A program made the position numbers and the translations under genes. From Octopus bimaculoides (Eukaryota), in contig NC_068989.1 of NCBI RefSeq assembly GCF_001194135.2, forward strand, positions 2,865,937 through 2,906,647: 40,711 nucleotides of DNA. Direction: 5' to 3'. The number at the start of each line of letters is the position of its first letter. Position 1 is the stretch's first letter. The notes under the pieces are model-generated. The model was not told the DNA's origin, did no database searches, and worked only from the letters and a program-made list of their open reading frames with translations. Below, piece after piece: positions 1-13,347 of the stretch.

Positions 1-1480
1 TATTTCCGGCCTTAGCGCGCCAGATTGAAGACATTTGAAGGGATACACTGAATATATGTAGAACTCTACACGTACTCCATTTCGGGTGGACGTCTTATGT
101 CTAGTTCTGGAAATTATATTTTTAAATCGATAGACTACGCTGATGATCCTGCAGATATTTACTCACGTAAATTTTAACAGGTGAAACTATGGTGCGTAGG
201 TTAATAGTTTTTCTTTTTTTTAGTATTTTTTCATTTGTCTTGCTCTTTTACACTCTTGTTGTGTCGCTAATTTTTTACTGAGAACATATTTCTTCGTGGT
301 TAGATGATTCGGCATCTATTTCTAGCATATAGGAGTCCACTTTTGCTGGTCATTCCTCTTATTTTTGTATGATTGTTAAAAATATATATACTCATGTTTT
401 GAGTTCTAATTACCTGTTTGGATCACCAACCAAACTCACACACACAGAGTTTGAAAAGAATTAAGGCGCTTGTATCAAACCACCGACTGATCTCTTGTCA
501 AATTATTCGGAAGGAAGTCAAGAATAATTGACTTCATGGAGAGTGGCTATCTTCTACAACAGTAAGGCCTTTGACAAATCACAGCACCTAGCGTTGGAAT
601 TCGTGGAAAACTATTGCACTAGATTAAGTGTTTCCTGGCAAGCAGAACCAAAGGAGTGATCGAAACCCACCAAAAAGCCAGTGTTGCCCCCACCCACTTA
701 TCCAGTCCACTTCATAACCTAAACAAACACCACTTATGTCTCTGTAGAGAAAAATTTAAATATTTGCAAAAACGACTAATTAAAAAAAACAACGAGTAAA
801 TGACAGGATAAAACTCCAATCTGATCTACTTGTAATACAGTAAGTGAAGGGTGACGGTGCAGTCGAGTTCAGCTACTCTGGAAAAGAGGAAGCTCAGACA
901 AGCTCTCCTTCCAAGAGAATTTCTCATGGTATCTAACAATAGAAGTTTAGAAATATATCTAGAATTTCAGTTGGAGTGCCTCTATCAAAATAAAGTGGCT
1001 ATGGCTCCCAGAATAAGCTCTTAGATCCCGAGAACAATTCAAAAATGCAAATATGATCCTTTTGTGCGTGACCTCACCTGTTGCTACCCTACACCGCAGA
1101 CTTTCCAAACGCCACCGTGAACTCAACATCGTTTGTGGTGAGAACGTACCGTCACAGTTGTTCCCACGATATTAGCGTTTATAAATCACCAAATAGTGGG
1201 ACGCAATACCGTAGATTTCTAATAAAAATCCAGCTCGGCGAACACAACTACATTTGTAACAGCAATTATGTCCTCAAATGGCCTTTGCTCTATTCAATAC
1301 TGCCCTCAAACGAAACATGGATGTTTCGGCAACATAAATTTCTTACTTGAGTAGAATACTCCAAAAATGAGGCTTTAAAAACATTAAATTAAACACGGTT
1401 TGGACTAATACTGGTCGAAACCTATCTAACGTTATTATGTGTGCGTGAGTGAACACACACACACACACACACACACACCT

Positions 1481-1802
1481 TTAGTCTTGTTTGTTTGAGT
1501 CATTCGACTGCGGTTATGCTGGGGTACCGAACCCTGTTTTTTTTATTTTTAAATCCTGGTACTTACGCTGTCGGTCTCTTTTGCCGAACCACTAGTTAAT
1601 AGAGGAGTAAACAAACCAACACTGGTTGTCAAGTGGTAGTGAAGGACAAGCACAAAGACATATATATATCGACGGGCTTCTTTCAGTTTCCGCCTACCAA
1701 ATCCACTCATAAGACATTTGCCAAAGGTGACACGCAGTGGAACTGAATCCGGAGCCATGTGGTTTGGAAACAAACGTTTTTACCCACACAGCAACGCCTG
1801 CG
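1481..1802 (-). mobile_element. SINE family A, diverged near-full-length copy with internal deletion
   Basis: Reverse complement matches the 39283-39700 copy: head, ggatttggtaggcggaaactgaaagaagcccgtcg, central TA tract, ttgacaaccagtgttgg, tail. About 29 nt of the CORE-like segment is missing. Confidence 0.85.
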
Positions 1803-2354
1803 ACACACAGAGTCTTGAGCACATATACGACTATTCATATGTGCGCACGCAGACACACCCAACAATAAATGTGCCACTTCACTCTTACCCCCATCCCCAC
1901 ACACACAAAATTCAAAATGCAAGTGTGTGTGTGTGTGTGTGTGTGTGACATATTCTGTATTAGCCGAGGGACTCCAGTGACGCAAGGGCCCAGAGTTTCG
2001 TGTCAATAACTATCAAGAAACTCCAGGCCATTGACTCACAACAGCTACCAAGCTTATTCCGCTTAATGTATTCGAGTTATACTTCGCCTGTTTGTGAAAC
2101 CACACGCACGCACTTGGAGAGTTTACACACTTTTCTTTCTTATTGTGTCTACCTTCATGATTTTTGACAATGACCTCTCAGTCAATTGTAATTCAATTGC
2201 TGCTCGTATTTCCCACATTTGTCGGCAGCAACACTATAGCCTGTATGTTAATCTTCAGTTACGTGATCAGGGACGATACACGCGAAGCTCTGAGAAATAA
2301 CAGTCATCTTGGTACTACTTTACGCATATACAGATACATGTGTGTGTGTGTGTG

Positions 2355-2591
2355 TTGCACCTTGGACAAGTGTCTTCTACAGTAGTTTGGTGCCGACCAA
2401 AGACTTGTGAGTGGATTTGGTAGACGGAAACTGGTAAAGAAACCCGTCGTGTGTGTGTGTGTGTGTGTGTGTGTGTCTTTCTGTAGGTGTTCACACAGCC
2501 GCTTGACAACCGGTGTTGGTCTGTTTAAAAATAAGTTTAGGGATCGATTCACTCGACTAAAAAATTCTAAAAGGCGGTTGCCCAGCATGGG
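2355..2591 (+). mobile_element. SINE family A, 5'-truncated, runs into assembly gap
   Basis: gcaccttggacaagtgtcttctac...gtggatttggtagacggaaactg...(TG)n...gcttgacaaccggtgttgg...ggcggttgcccagcatgg. Confidence 0.85.
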
Positions 2592-2745
2592 NNNNNNNNN
2601 NNNNNNNNNNNNNNNNNNNNNNNNNNNNNNNNNNNNNNNNNNNNNNNNNNNNNNNNNNNNNNNNNNNNNNNNNNNNNNNNNNNNNNNNNNNNNNNNNNNN
2701 NNNNNNNNNNNNNNNNNNNNNNNNNNNNNNNNNNNNNNNNNNNNN
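2592..2745. other. Assembly gap (N run)
   Basis: N characters. Confidence 1.
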
Positions 2746-2975
2746 GTTACAAGTAATGCTATCTGTTGGAGTCTCAGCTTTTTTAGCTGCTATTTCTGAA
2801 CTTCGGTATATGGTGAAGCAAATGCTTGCTGATCCCTTAATTATGTTTATAACTGTATATGAACTTTTAAATAAGTTCTCCACCGATAATGGTGCTTACA
2901 TACCGAAGGGCTTGGTAAAAATTAATTGTTGATTTATTAATAAATTAATAAATCTTTACCCTCTTAATTTGTTAT

Positions 2976-3025
<50 letters not shown>

Positions 3026-6000
3026 CTATATACATATACCTCTCTCACACACGTGAGAGAAAATTTTTGTATGTACATACATGTATAGCTCTACTAGACT
3101 CTATATGCTATATAGTAAAATAGCACCGGTTATACGATTCATCTGCAACAGACACAATTTAGCAAACTGTCTCCAGCTACCAAATTCCGTTCTCGAGGAA
3201 TGAAATGGCATAATGTAAATCTAAGAGAAAGAAACAAAATAAGATTCGGCGAATCAAACGAAATCTAGTCATAAGGTTAAATATATATATTCACAACATT
3301 AGTTTATTTATGGAAAATAAATCTGATGTAAAATATGTAAATTTCCATATTCCGAATAAATGGAGATAAACAGATTATCCACGAAAACAATGTAAGTGGT
3401 TAGCAGCGGGAGACAATAACAAGCTAAACACTTTTTACTCGAGAATTGCATAAATTAACCTAGAAAAGCGCCAAAGAGAGACCAGAGTAAGGAACCACAT
3501 GGCTTGTGCTGATTATAAACCGCGGGAGAGACGACCGCATGGCATAAGTATTATTATACTGTTTCGAAGGGATGGTAGTAGTAAATATAGAGTAAACATG
3601 AGGAGGAAGAAAGCGAAGAGGTAGATAGGGTGCATATTTAAAGTATGTTGTCGGAAGAAATAGTACGAGTCAAGGTTGCAAAGCAAAATTAAGTCCGCTT
3701 GCTTTTCTTTTTATTTCTTTTATTGAAAAAAAATCAATGGTAAAATTAGTGTTTAATCTAAATAGTTGAGTAGTGACCGAATATTCCAAAAAGAGAGCAT
3801 TAATCTGAGGTCTAAACATTTAGTTTACTTTCAAATCTTGCTGAAGAGGCACTCGTTCATATGAAATATTTTAATTCTATAAAAAGAACCCCCTTAAAAA
3901 TGGGATTACAGTTTTCGAAAATATTACGTATGCAACACCAACAAACTTACAACATAATCTTCTTCACTCATGCCTCGAAAATGCAAGTAACATATTCTAA
4001 TAATTTACTGTCTTTAAGAATTACGCTCAGAAGAAGCGCTCGTCGAATTCGGTCATTCACCTTTATTATGGTAGAGATGTCAGTGATGTAAACGACAATA
4101 GGTCGAACATGGCAACTTTTTGTGCGCGGTATTTGGGAAAATGTGGTGCAGTGCTGAGTTTCATAAATCCCAATTTGAAACCATTTCTTCTGTAATTAAT
4201 GCAATTTGGAGATGTGTAAATGTCATCACTTCTTATCTTTTATAAGCCTAATGAAGAAATAAGTGATTAAATGTTTTACAATATTTTATTTACTACGTGT
4301 ATGTGTGTGTGTGTGTGTGGAAACTGAATCATTCCATTCGATAAACAATCGAGGACTTGACAAGTAAATCAAAGAGACCAAACATTAATGTAAAGGTGTT
4401 GCCAGTTATCATGAATCACTTGGCTAGATGTGTGTGTGTGTTTTATGTCCGATAGAATACAGATCAAAGATGCGAATAATCTCTCCAAAGCAAGTTGATA
4501 ATGTTAACCAGGCAAATGGCTTTAAAAATAGCCTAGATATAAGCATTAGCGAAACATTAAATAATATATCTCTTCTTCTGATGCTAGCTGAAGTCAATAC
4601 TCACATAGTAATAACTGACAAAATTAGGCATGGATTTATTTTTCAAGGCCAATTTTGTTTCTAAAGAAGGATGGTCTTTAATTGCTTGAGAACTGATACT
4701 TATTTTATCGATCCCAGAAATATGGAATGCTAACTGAAAACTGATTTGAAACGACGAACAAATTTGAAAGAGGCTGTCGTTGAATGGAGCCCAGTGTCAG
4801 ACAACTGTTTCATTCAATCGGCTTGGATGAAAAGGTACATCCAATATAGACAAGAACAAAAAATCAGATCCAGCAATATTAATTTTGACACTGCTTAGCA
4901 ATTTAAATACAAATGCTGCAAATTTATTGGAGGTGGTATTATGCGGCGTTCAATCCTTTCTGAACTCTACCGTTCTTAAAAGAAATCGGCTCGCCTTCTG
5001 CGCTTCAAAACCATTTGTTAGTAAAGTATTGTAAATTCTATGCTCGTATTTCGTCGAGAAAAGAATTTCCTAAAGTTCTGGATTGAGTTTTTCGTCGGAG
5101 AGAGCATTACAAACTTCGACAGGTGAAAAACAATAAACTGTCTTCTTCCTCTTTTTGGTGGAGGGCTGGTTTCGAAACATCAGGAAATTCTACCCTCAAC
5201 AGTACACGAACTTAAAAAAAAGAAACAACTTTATGCTTCATCAAAAAACCTGTTAATTTGTCGCTTTGGAACAGGTCAAAGTTTTGTTGGGAGAAAGGCA
5301 CATTCAACTGATTTGACACCAATATAGCACTGCTATTTATTTAAACGGTGTTAGTCAGATATGTTTTTCCTCAGCTAGTTTCTTCGATAGAGCTGCAGTC
5401 CTGCATCATGAAAAACCGAGACAAGACACTTGGCATCTAGAATGTTGTCAAAGCTCACAGCACCATCAAATCGGTCGGTGAAGGTACCACATTGGTGTTC
5501 TGTAGAGGATTAAAGAGAAGTAAGAACGACAACGTGTTCGGGGTAATTGTGAGCATCAATAAATATCAACTAGCGGGTCTGTTTCGAAGGACTTTCGGGC
5601 TCGGGCTCACGAATAATTTTGAGAAATTTCTGACTTCGGCAATGCCACAGAGGAACACTGTCGCGTTGTCAAGGCCAGAGATTTATGACAGGTTCGAGAT
5701 AAACTCTATAGGTGCAGAAGTGCTGTCAGCCGGGCCTAAATAAAATGCATGCTGAACGACGAAAAGTTTCTGCATACACCCGTCCAATGTCTGGGCATTG
5801 TCGACTAGTAAGGTTATATCGAAAAACTGCTGTCACATGTGGAAGGGATCCTGCTACAGTTGAGTCCATTGTGAGGATCGTCTTGTCACCTTTTTTTTAG
5901 CCGAGAGGAACAGACAGTATTCCTCTAACTGGAGACTTTGGTGAAAGGTTTGAAGATAAACACCTTCTTCTTTGGTTAAACCCTTGCCAACTAGAAAAAG

Positions 6001-7132
6001 AAAGTGAGTGGAGAGGGAAGTGCTGCCTCTCGGTAAATTTGTTGAAAGATGGACGAGAGTGACGAGCATGGGTCTGTTCTGAAAATGCGCCTGTAAATTG
6101 GAGGACAACAAAGAGATGGCACTAGTAATCAGGGTGATCATCGTTTTGTAGGGCTTCCACGAGTAGCCCACAGAATTACATCCGTCCTTTTGGAGAATCA
6201 TTCTGAATTTTTGTGTTTCTGTTATTTTCTTTTTCACTCGCTCCTTCACGTAATCCTCCACCGTGTCGTGTGTACCGCCCTCAATGCTTATATCAAACCT
6301 TAGTGGTTGATGAGATTATTATCATTATAGAACGAATTATAATGACTATTGCATAATGAGTATACAATGAAACTGCTGACTGTTATAAAAAAGGTAATGG
6401 GCGTTCATCAGAAGATGGGTGTGTGGGGGGTAAAACGGGTTTCAATACGAACATTGAAATAAATAATTGTATTACAGCTAAGATAGTTTTTTGATAGTCG
6501 ACGTTTTATTTGCGGCTGATTATATTTTCCATTCATGCTTTGCTTACTCTCAAAGTAATTATTACGATGGTTTCCGAATAGCATTCATTCATTTGATGCA
6601 GCAGAGCAACGAAACTCTGCTGACGTTATCACTAATTTACGCCCTGTAAGAATGATGATAATGAGAATGCGGATGATGAGCTTTTTTAATGAATAAAGAT
6701 CCGCGTGCACACGCACACATACAGACACTCGGTTGTTTTCCCTACAGGCGACGTCTGTCGTTTGAATGTCAAGATGGTGTACTGAGATCATTGCAAATTG
6801 CCAAGTTCACTCTTTCATAATCGCATCAGCAGCTGCAACAGCTGCAATCGTACTTTGCTTCAAGTTCTTTGTTTACACCTTACCCATCGCCTACTCCAGC
6901 TCCACTCACTTTCGAACATTATATAATTTCTTCACATGTCATCTCTTGAATTATTGTGAAGAGTCTAAACAAATACAATAACATGTAGCAGAAAGTCTTT
7001 TCTTTCAAGCAACTCGATCAAAGTGAAATAGTTGTTTCTAAGATATGCCCGAGGTTTGTGGAAATTTGTCTATTAAATCGATCCACGTACCTGACTGGTA
7101 GTTTATTTTATCAGTCCCTGAAGGACGATGTG

Positions 7133-7560
7133 ATCCCAGGTCAGCTTGATCAACACGGTGTTAACGAACAGCCCAACACACTTAAATATCGGGATCAAAA
7201 AATCACGGAATAAGCAGTATACAACAATATGACATCCACTCACAAGGCTTTGGTCGGCCCGAGGCTATAGTAGAAGACACTTGCCCAAGGTGCCACGCAG
7301 TGGGACTGAACCCGGAACAATGTGGTTCGTAAGCAAGCTACTTACCACACAGCCACTCCTACGCCTATGGTTATAAATCAAAATCATTCCAGCCGTGATC
7401 ATTTTGTTTATCTTTTTTTTTTTCAAGTGCAGTGCAAATGAATCACAATATCTAATGTCTTCATAAAAATGGGTGTGATTTGAGGTAAATTTGGTTGCTA
7501 TTGCTAACAGTCCGGTCGTCTGCGTAGAGTTTCCTTGTTGGCTTGTCTTGGTTTTATTCC
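7133..7560 (-). repeat. Family C repeat pieces, interrupted by a family A head
   Basis: cccaggtcagcttgatcaa (about 7135), cattccagccgtgatcat (about 7385) and gggtgtgatttgaggtaaatttggttgctattgctaacag (about 7472) match the reverse of the 20265-20470 copy. Confidence 0.6.
7234..7366 (-). mobile_element. SINE family A, head-only fragment (low divergence)
   Basis: Near-identical to the first ~135 nt of the 39283 copy. A-box-like TGGCTGTGTGG and B-box-like GGTTCAGTCCC read on the minus strand. The 3' half is absent. Confidence 0.9.
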
Positions 7561-7863
7561 TTTTGCTGTATGAAGAAATAATGAGGTTTGGAATTTGGGA
7601 TTTCAGCCAGCATTTTCAACTCTAGTGGTCTGACAATAGTTCAGCGAGTAAAACTAAGTGTTCAAAGTGTTTAGTACTAAATCCTGTATTCACTGGTAAA
7701 ATATATACGAAAAGGAAGCCAACTACAAAAAACGCACCAGGTTTCTAGAATAGATTTATATATAAACAAAAGACGAATTAGTTGAACGGATAAAATACCG
7801 AGTTTTCGGCTTATGGTTCGTCAATTTAAAATCTACAAAAACAAAAACAAAATCCCCAGGCAC

Positions 7864-7948
7864 TGGGGTCGATTTGTTCGACTAAACCCTTCAAAGGTGG
7901 TACCCCAGCATGATCGTAGTCCAATGACTGAAACCAGCAAAAGATAGA
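7864..7948 (+). mobile_element. SINE family A, 3' tail fragment
   Basis: ctggggtcgatttgttcgactaaa...ggtggtaccccagcatg...aatgactgaaaccagcaaaaga matches the end of the 39283-39700 copy. Confidence 0.8.
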
Positions 7949-8596
7949 TATACACAAATAGATACAGAAGTTTTTGCGCAAAACAAAAGCGCAAAATATT
8001 TCAGGATAAACAAATTATAAAATAGAACGAGGTTATGTTTACAATAAATCGACTGTTTCAACAATTTGCATTGTTGGATAAAAGCAAACATTTTATATTT
8101 TTATCCCACGTTGATTATCATCTCATGCTATTTTTGCCGACCCAAGAAAAATATCTCAAGTTTAATAAAAACAATTTGGCAGTGAAAGGAGTTCAGGATT
8201 GGCAATCACCATCCACTCCGCTGTCACTCTCGACTTCAAATACAATGTGGAATTTATAGAAGTTTAAATCAATTTAGGAATTATGTTATTAACTTTATGA
8301 TTTTCTGCGAAGAGAATTTTTACGATGCTAATCCAGTGTGAACGAGATAAAACACGTTCTTTGATAAGCAATTTTCATTGCATATTGACAGATAAAGTAT
8401 TAAATAAAGAAGTTAAGATTGGGTTCAAATTTCTGATAGCTTTGATACAGAACAAGTAAGACAGGAAAGGGAAAAACTGCAGGTGACAAATCAATAGGAA
8501 TCTGTCATCTCAACAAATGGTTAAAAATAGATGAAACCTGCAATCAAGATGCATGAAAAAGTTAAGGGTAAGTTCATATGTAATAAAAAAAAAAAA

Positions 8597-8915
8597 GACC
8601 CCCTTCGGTCACGAAGGGCCATGGGATTGCACCTAGAAAGTTACCCTCCCAGGCACAAGTCCGGGCAAGGTTGTTTATGGAAGACCAGCAGTCGCCCATG
8701 CAGACCACCCTCCCCTCCCCACGCCACCGATATCATCCAAGGGAAAGGCAAAGGGGCCGATACAGCTAGGCACCTGTCACGTCGTTACTCATTTCTACAG
8801 CTGAGTGAACTGGAGCAACGTGAAATAACACAACTTGCAGTCCGGTCCGGGATTCGAACTCACAACCTCACAGTCGTAAGCTTGACGCTCTAACCACTGA
8901 GCCATGCGCCTTCAC
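8597..8915 (-). mobile_element. SINE family B (tRNA-derived head, Meta-domain-like body)
   Basis: Minus strand reads gtgaaggcgcatggctcagtggttagagcg...gagttcgaatcccgg (A and B boxes), then gctccagttcactcagctgtagaaatgagt, which resembles the MetaSINE domain as I recall it. Confidence 0.8.
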
Positions 8916-10619
8916 TCCATACAGCTCTGGTATTTCACTACTGGAGCTCAGAGTTAACGTCTATTAAATGTAACCTCTCCCTCTCTCTAACTTGACAAAG
9001 AAACAGGTGCATGGCTGATGTATTTCATGTACCAGATTTGTATATTAATAACTGTGACAAGACTATTGACTGAGATTTAATCAACACCGCGACCAGTAAA
9101 AATTTGACCTAGAGACTACGAAAGAGTACAATATAGTGACAGTTAAACTTTAGTAACCCTGGGTTCATGTACTTTCCACGTGTAAATTTCAAACCCTTTG
9201 AACTCAATTCAGGGACCGCAGTTGCAGAAAAACTACAATGAAGTTGATTTCACGTCCCTTTACGTTCTAAGTTCAAAACCTGACAAAATCAAGGTTGTCC
9301 TTCACGTTTCTGGGTGTGCATATTAAAATAAGTTTCAATTAAGAATCAATCATCTCCATTCCACATTCCGTGGTCTTGCGCTTTTATAGGAATCAATATT
9401 AGGCGAAAAAATCGAATATCATAGTTAAAAAAAAAACCCCGGGCCAATTTGTTTATAATTCGAGTGACGATTAGCGTTGAAAAGAGATGTCAACAAACTG
9501 ACTCTCTGATCCAGTTTTGAAACAACTTTATCCGAGGCGGTTCTAGCTAACAGAAGTACAAAGTTGCTTACGAATGTGTGCGCGTGCGCATTAGTTATGA
9601 TGGAAATACTTCTTTTGTGCAAAGCAATTCGCAAGAGGGTTAAAAATTAAAAAAATAGATAATCTTATTGTAGTAATGTGTATGCATGGACATGTACAGA
9701 TGTGACCGAAATCTCTCTTTCTACATTCTAAATCAAACACTAGAAATTTCGATTGGTGATAATTACAAGAATATAAAAAAAAGGACCTTATTTCTCAACA
9801 TGCCGAATCCCGGGAGTTTACCAGGGATCTTTTAGCTCTCTTAACCGAGTTATTTTGACTACTTGTGAATGGTTTCATAAAACATAGTAGTATATGTTTA
9901 ATGACATTAACATCAGAATAGTTTACTAATGTTTACCAAACGAAATACGTTAAATAATTAGGTCGAGGGGGGAAAAACTCAAATTTAGAAGTAATTCAAA
10001 ATATAATTGTGCTTTTATACGATTTAATATATCTTTTTTACGTGTTTTAGACGTGTTTTTTTGTTTTAAATTTCAATACAAAAAACAAACGTCAAAGTTT
10101 TGGTAAACACACAATTCAATAGTCGCTATTTATATTTGTCCATATCATAAACTCTCTATTCAACCAACAAAGAACGAAACTTGCAACAATTGGCAAAAGT
10201 TTGGATATTTTCACGAGAAAGTCAGTTAAAAAAAGAGCAACACCAAAATGCCTGCAATCCTCGTAACAAGTGCACATCGTGGAAACAGTCATACTGTATA
10301 TACTGCTAACCTACATATTGATGTTTTATTCAATTAGGGTAGCATTACCAGTTTCATAGATGAAGATATTTGCAAGAATTTTTTTTTCAACATCTCGAAT
10401 GACTTTGAACTGGCCTAGGAACTCAGCCTAAACAAACAGTTTCAAGTTTCAGTATCTCAAAGAACTCTCTCTCTCTCTCTCTCTCTCGTGTGTTTTGAAT
10501 GAAAAGACGCATTTATATTCTACCTAGTGTGTGTTCCTCTATATTTCTGGGGCATAGCTTTGTTCAACGACAAGGCTGTTGTATTTAAACTTAGAGCACC
10601 CCCACCCTATAAAATCTTA

Positions 10620-12750
10620 ACTATTGCCCGATGTTTTCTATGTTGGTGACCTCACTTCGCCGTATTTTTACCCAGACAATAATTTCAAACCGAATGCTAC
10701 TAAATTTAGCTATTTTCTTCATTTGATGGAATATTTTTTTTTACGAAAGAGACCAAGTGACTTAAAGATAATATTATCGAGCGACCTCAGTATCCATGGC
10801 AGTGAGCACAAATCGTAGTAAAACAGACAACAGATGGACCGTTCACAAATGATAAAGGGCTACAATTTTTGGTTGCTCACCTACTTCCTAATATTGGAGA
10901 CCTCGTGCCTTCTATTTCCTGAAATAAATTCTACAGCAAATTTGATGTGAAAATAGAACACCTCCAGAATGCACTCTACAATGACAGAGATACACTAAAT
11001 TTTAAGCTGACGAACGCTTATTTTCGTTTATAAATCGTTGGCGCAACGACTGAGGAACACCACTGGAACTGGGTTCAATTTATTTCACTTACTGAGAGAC
11101 TTACATTGAGCCGTGACTAATGTCTCCTCTGACAAATATAGATTTGCCACCCGAGATGTAAAATAAAACTGATACTCTACAACCATTTAGAACAATTGCA
11201 AACCTCACGTTGATGACCCGATGCCAGCAATACTAAATATCTACGGCGATCAGAAGGTTTGTTGAGTGACAACTCCAAATGAACGTCTCCTTTCTCGCAA
11301 CTATTTCAATCACTATTAAATCCTAATTTTCCATTACAAAAAGAGACCACGATGTTATTTATCGCTTTAAATCTTCAACAATCGCCTCTCTCTAATCTAC
11401 CTTCTATCAAGTTTCATTATACGTTGAAAATGATGTATTTGGAAGCACACTTTTCAGTGCCCTTTCATAATGGAATAAATCCGGTCATTTTCTTCAAAAT
11501 TCTTTCTTGTTCAGAACAAAAGCTCATTAATTGAAAAGAAAGGTGTCATCATTATAGGAAGTATTAAGAAATAATCTTTTTCTCTTCGAGACAAGAAGCA
11601 ATCTCATTCATATTCAGTTACAAAAGTAGAGAGGAAAAAAAGGTTAAATTTTTCGTTGACGCAAACAATATTCTTTTATATCAATATTTATATCAATATT
11701 CTTTTATATCAATGGCATTTGACAAACACCTAGTAAAAATAACACCTGCAGATGTTCTAACAAGATGCTTTTCCATATCACCCGGAACCAGCACAGCTAG
11801 GTCTAAGAACTTGTCATTTTCTTTGGAAGTTAAGCCACCAGACTATCGTCTTCCTCTAGCCCATAAAATCATTGGAGCGTCTCAGTGTCAACTTGAAAAG
11901 GTCCTCTCAAATCAGTTAAACTCTAACCTCGACTTGGTTGTGATTATATATAAAATATTACTCAAAAAAGAATCTCCTTTTTTGTCTGCGTGCTCAAGCA
12001 AAACAACTGCTCTAGCAATTCGTTGTTTTTCAAAATATCATCATACATGGTGCTCCAGTTTCAATTCGCTCCCACCGTGATGTTTGTACCCTTTTTTTTT
12101 TTTTTTAAACTAAAACAATTTTATAATATTTTACTAGAAACACTCGCCTAAATAATAGAGTAACCTTCGTGGAAATTGACAGAAAAACTGGAATGCCGAT
12201 TTAAGGGAATCGCACCAGGGGATTAGGCCCCTCATTTGCAGTGTAACTAACCTGACACTTCATGAAAGACCACTTAGCGTACAACATCAATCATCAACGG
12301 GACAGTTTTAACTGGATGGTTGTCTAAACATGACGTGTTTCATTTAATGCTAACAGTAAACACATGGCAAGGTCGCTACATAGCGTTGCGTCTATTGAAA
12401 AAAAATAACTTCACCACAAAGTCCGACCTCTGCCGCACGAAATCATTCAAAATCCGTTTCCACCTGAAGACTTCCATTGGTGATTCGCACGACGTCAACT
12501 TTCTGAAGTATGCAGCCCAATCAAGATCTAAAAAACTTTGTCGATGAATGGCTTAATTCCACGGTGACATGATGAGAATTCGGGTTCGATAAGCATTTAA
12601 GTATCGATCTGTTTATTTAAGAGGAAATGACAGCTTAGTCACTTCAATCTCCTCGTCACTCACCAAGGCTCTGGAAAGCACAAGCTGGATTAGATCTGTA
12701 AACTCACTCCCACCTCATCTGGTCCGGGTGCTTTAGAGAAATACTTTAGT
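10620..12750 (+). pseudogene. Possible very ancient CR1/Jockey-like LINE ORF2 remnant
   Basis: Weak motif echoes in the expected order: IILSSDLSIH (cf. endonuclease ILGDFNVH), SACSSK (cf. LSCLSK), GIAPG (cf. GVPQG) and KVRP. No intact motif, many stops. Confidence 0.25.
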
Positions 12751-13188
12751 CGAAGGGTGGCAGGCAGGCAGCCACTTGCAGTGAAAACAGACCGAATTTC
12801 GAAGACTGAAACCGAACATTTTGGCTAAATACAACTACTTGGTTTTCGGTAACTGTTTCTCATTATAACATAAAGACCAGACTTACAAACCACTATAGTC
12901 AACGTCAATACCATATAAGGACTAATACAGTATGGCCATGAGAGATCTTTAAAGCATATCTCCATCTCACGACAGATACAACATGATGCATAATTTCACT
13001 GGAAATATTGTAGTTTCAAATTTATTTTAAAGATGCATGAGATAATAGTACAGTACTTCTGATTATTTCACATGAATAAGAATACGAAGTGATGGTTACA
13101 GGATTATTTTAACAAGTGAATTATTTCTGAATGGACAGAACAGATAAGAGCGTGTATGAGACTGTGATGTGATATAGTTAGTACTATT

Positions 13189-13347
13189 CTTTTCTACTCC
13201 AGGCACAAGGCCCGAAATTTGGGGGGAGGGGGCCAGTCGATTAGATCGACCCCAGTACGCAACTAGTACTTAATTTATCGACCCCGAAAGGATGAAAGGC
13301 GAAGTCGACCTCGGTGGAATTTGAACTCAGGACGTAAAGACAGACGA
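13189..13347 (-). mobile_element. SINE family K, 5'-truncated young copy with target-site duplication
   Basis: Matches the 22690-22901 copy. Flanked by identical gatatagttagtactatt at 13171-13188 and 13346-13363. Confidence 0.9.

Noticed and set aside
130-150. IDYADD peptide resembling the RT catalytic YADD motif
   Set aside because: The frame closes within 10 codons and no upstream PQG-like motif is recognisable. It cannot be distinguished from chance.
3840-3875. ctgaagag...gaaa hammerhead-like boxes (a similar look-alike at about 12800-12820)
   Set aside because: No stem II, III or I pairing could be formed.
5440-6270. GC-richer segment containing the 135-aa minus ORF; faint resemblance to a LINE ORF1 (VRGILSVPLG)
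   Set aside because: No intact CCHC knuckle or other diagnostic motif found. It needs tBLASTn or HMM support.
6783-6804. tgagatcattg matches the first 11 nt of bantam miRNA
   Set aside because: The 3' half diverges from bantam as I recall it and the upstream arm pairs poorly. An 11-mer hit among many miRNA queries is expected by chance.
8840-8915. tRNA-like sequence with good A and B boxes
   Set aside because: Lacks a proper acceptor and anticodon stem and is contiguous with a SINE body. It is a SINE head, not a tRNA gene.
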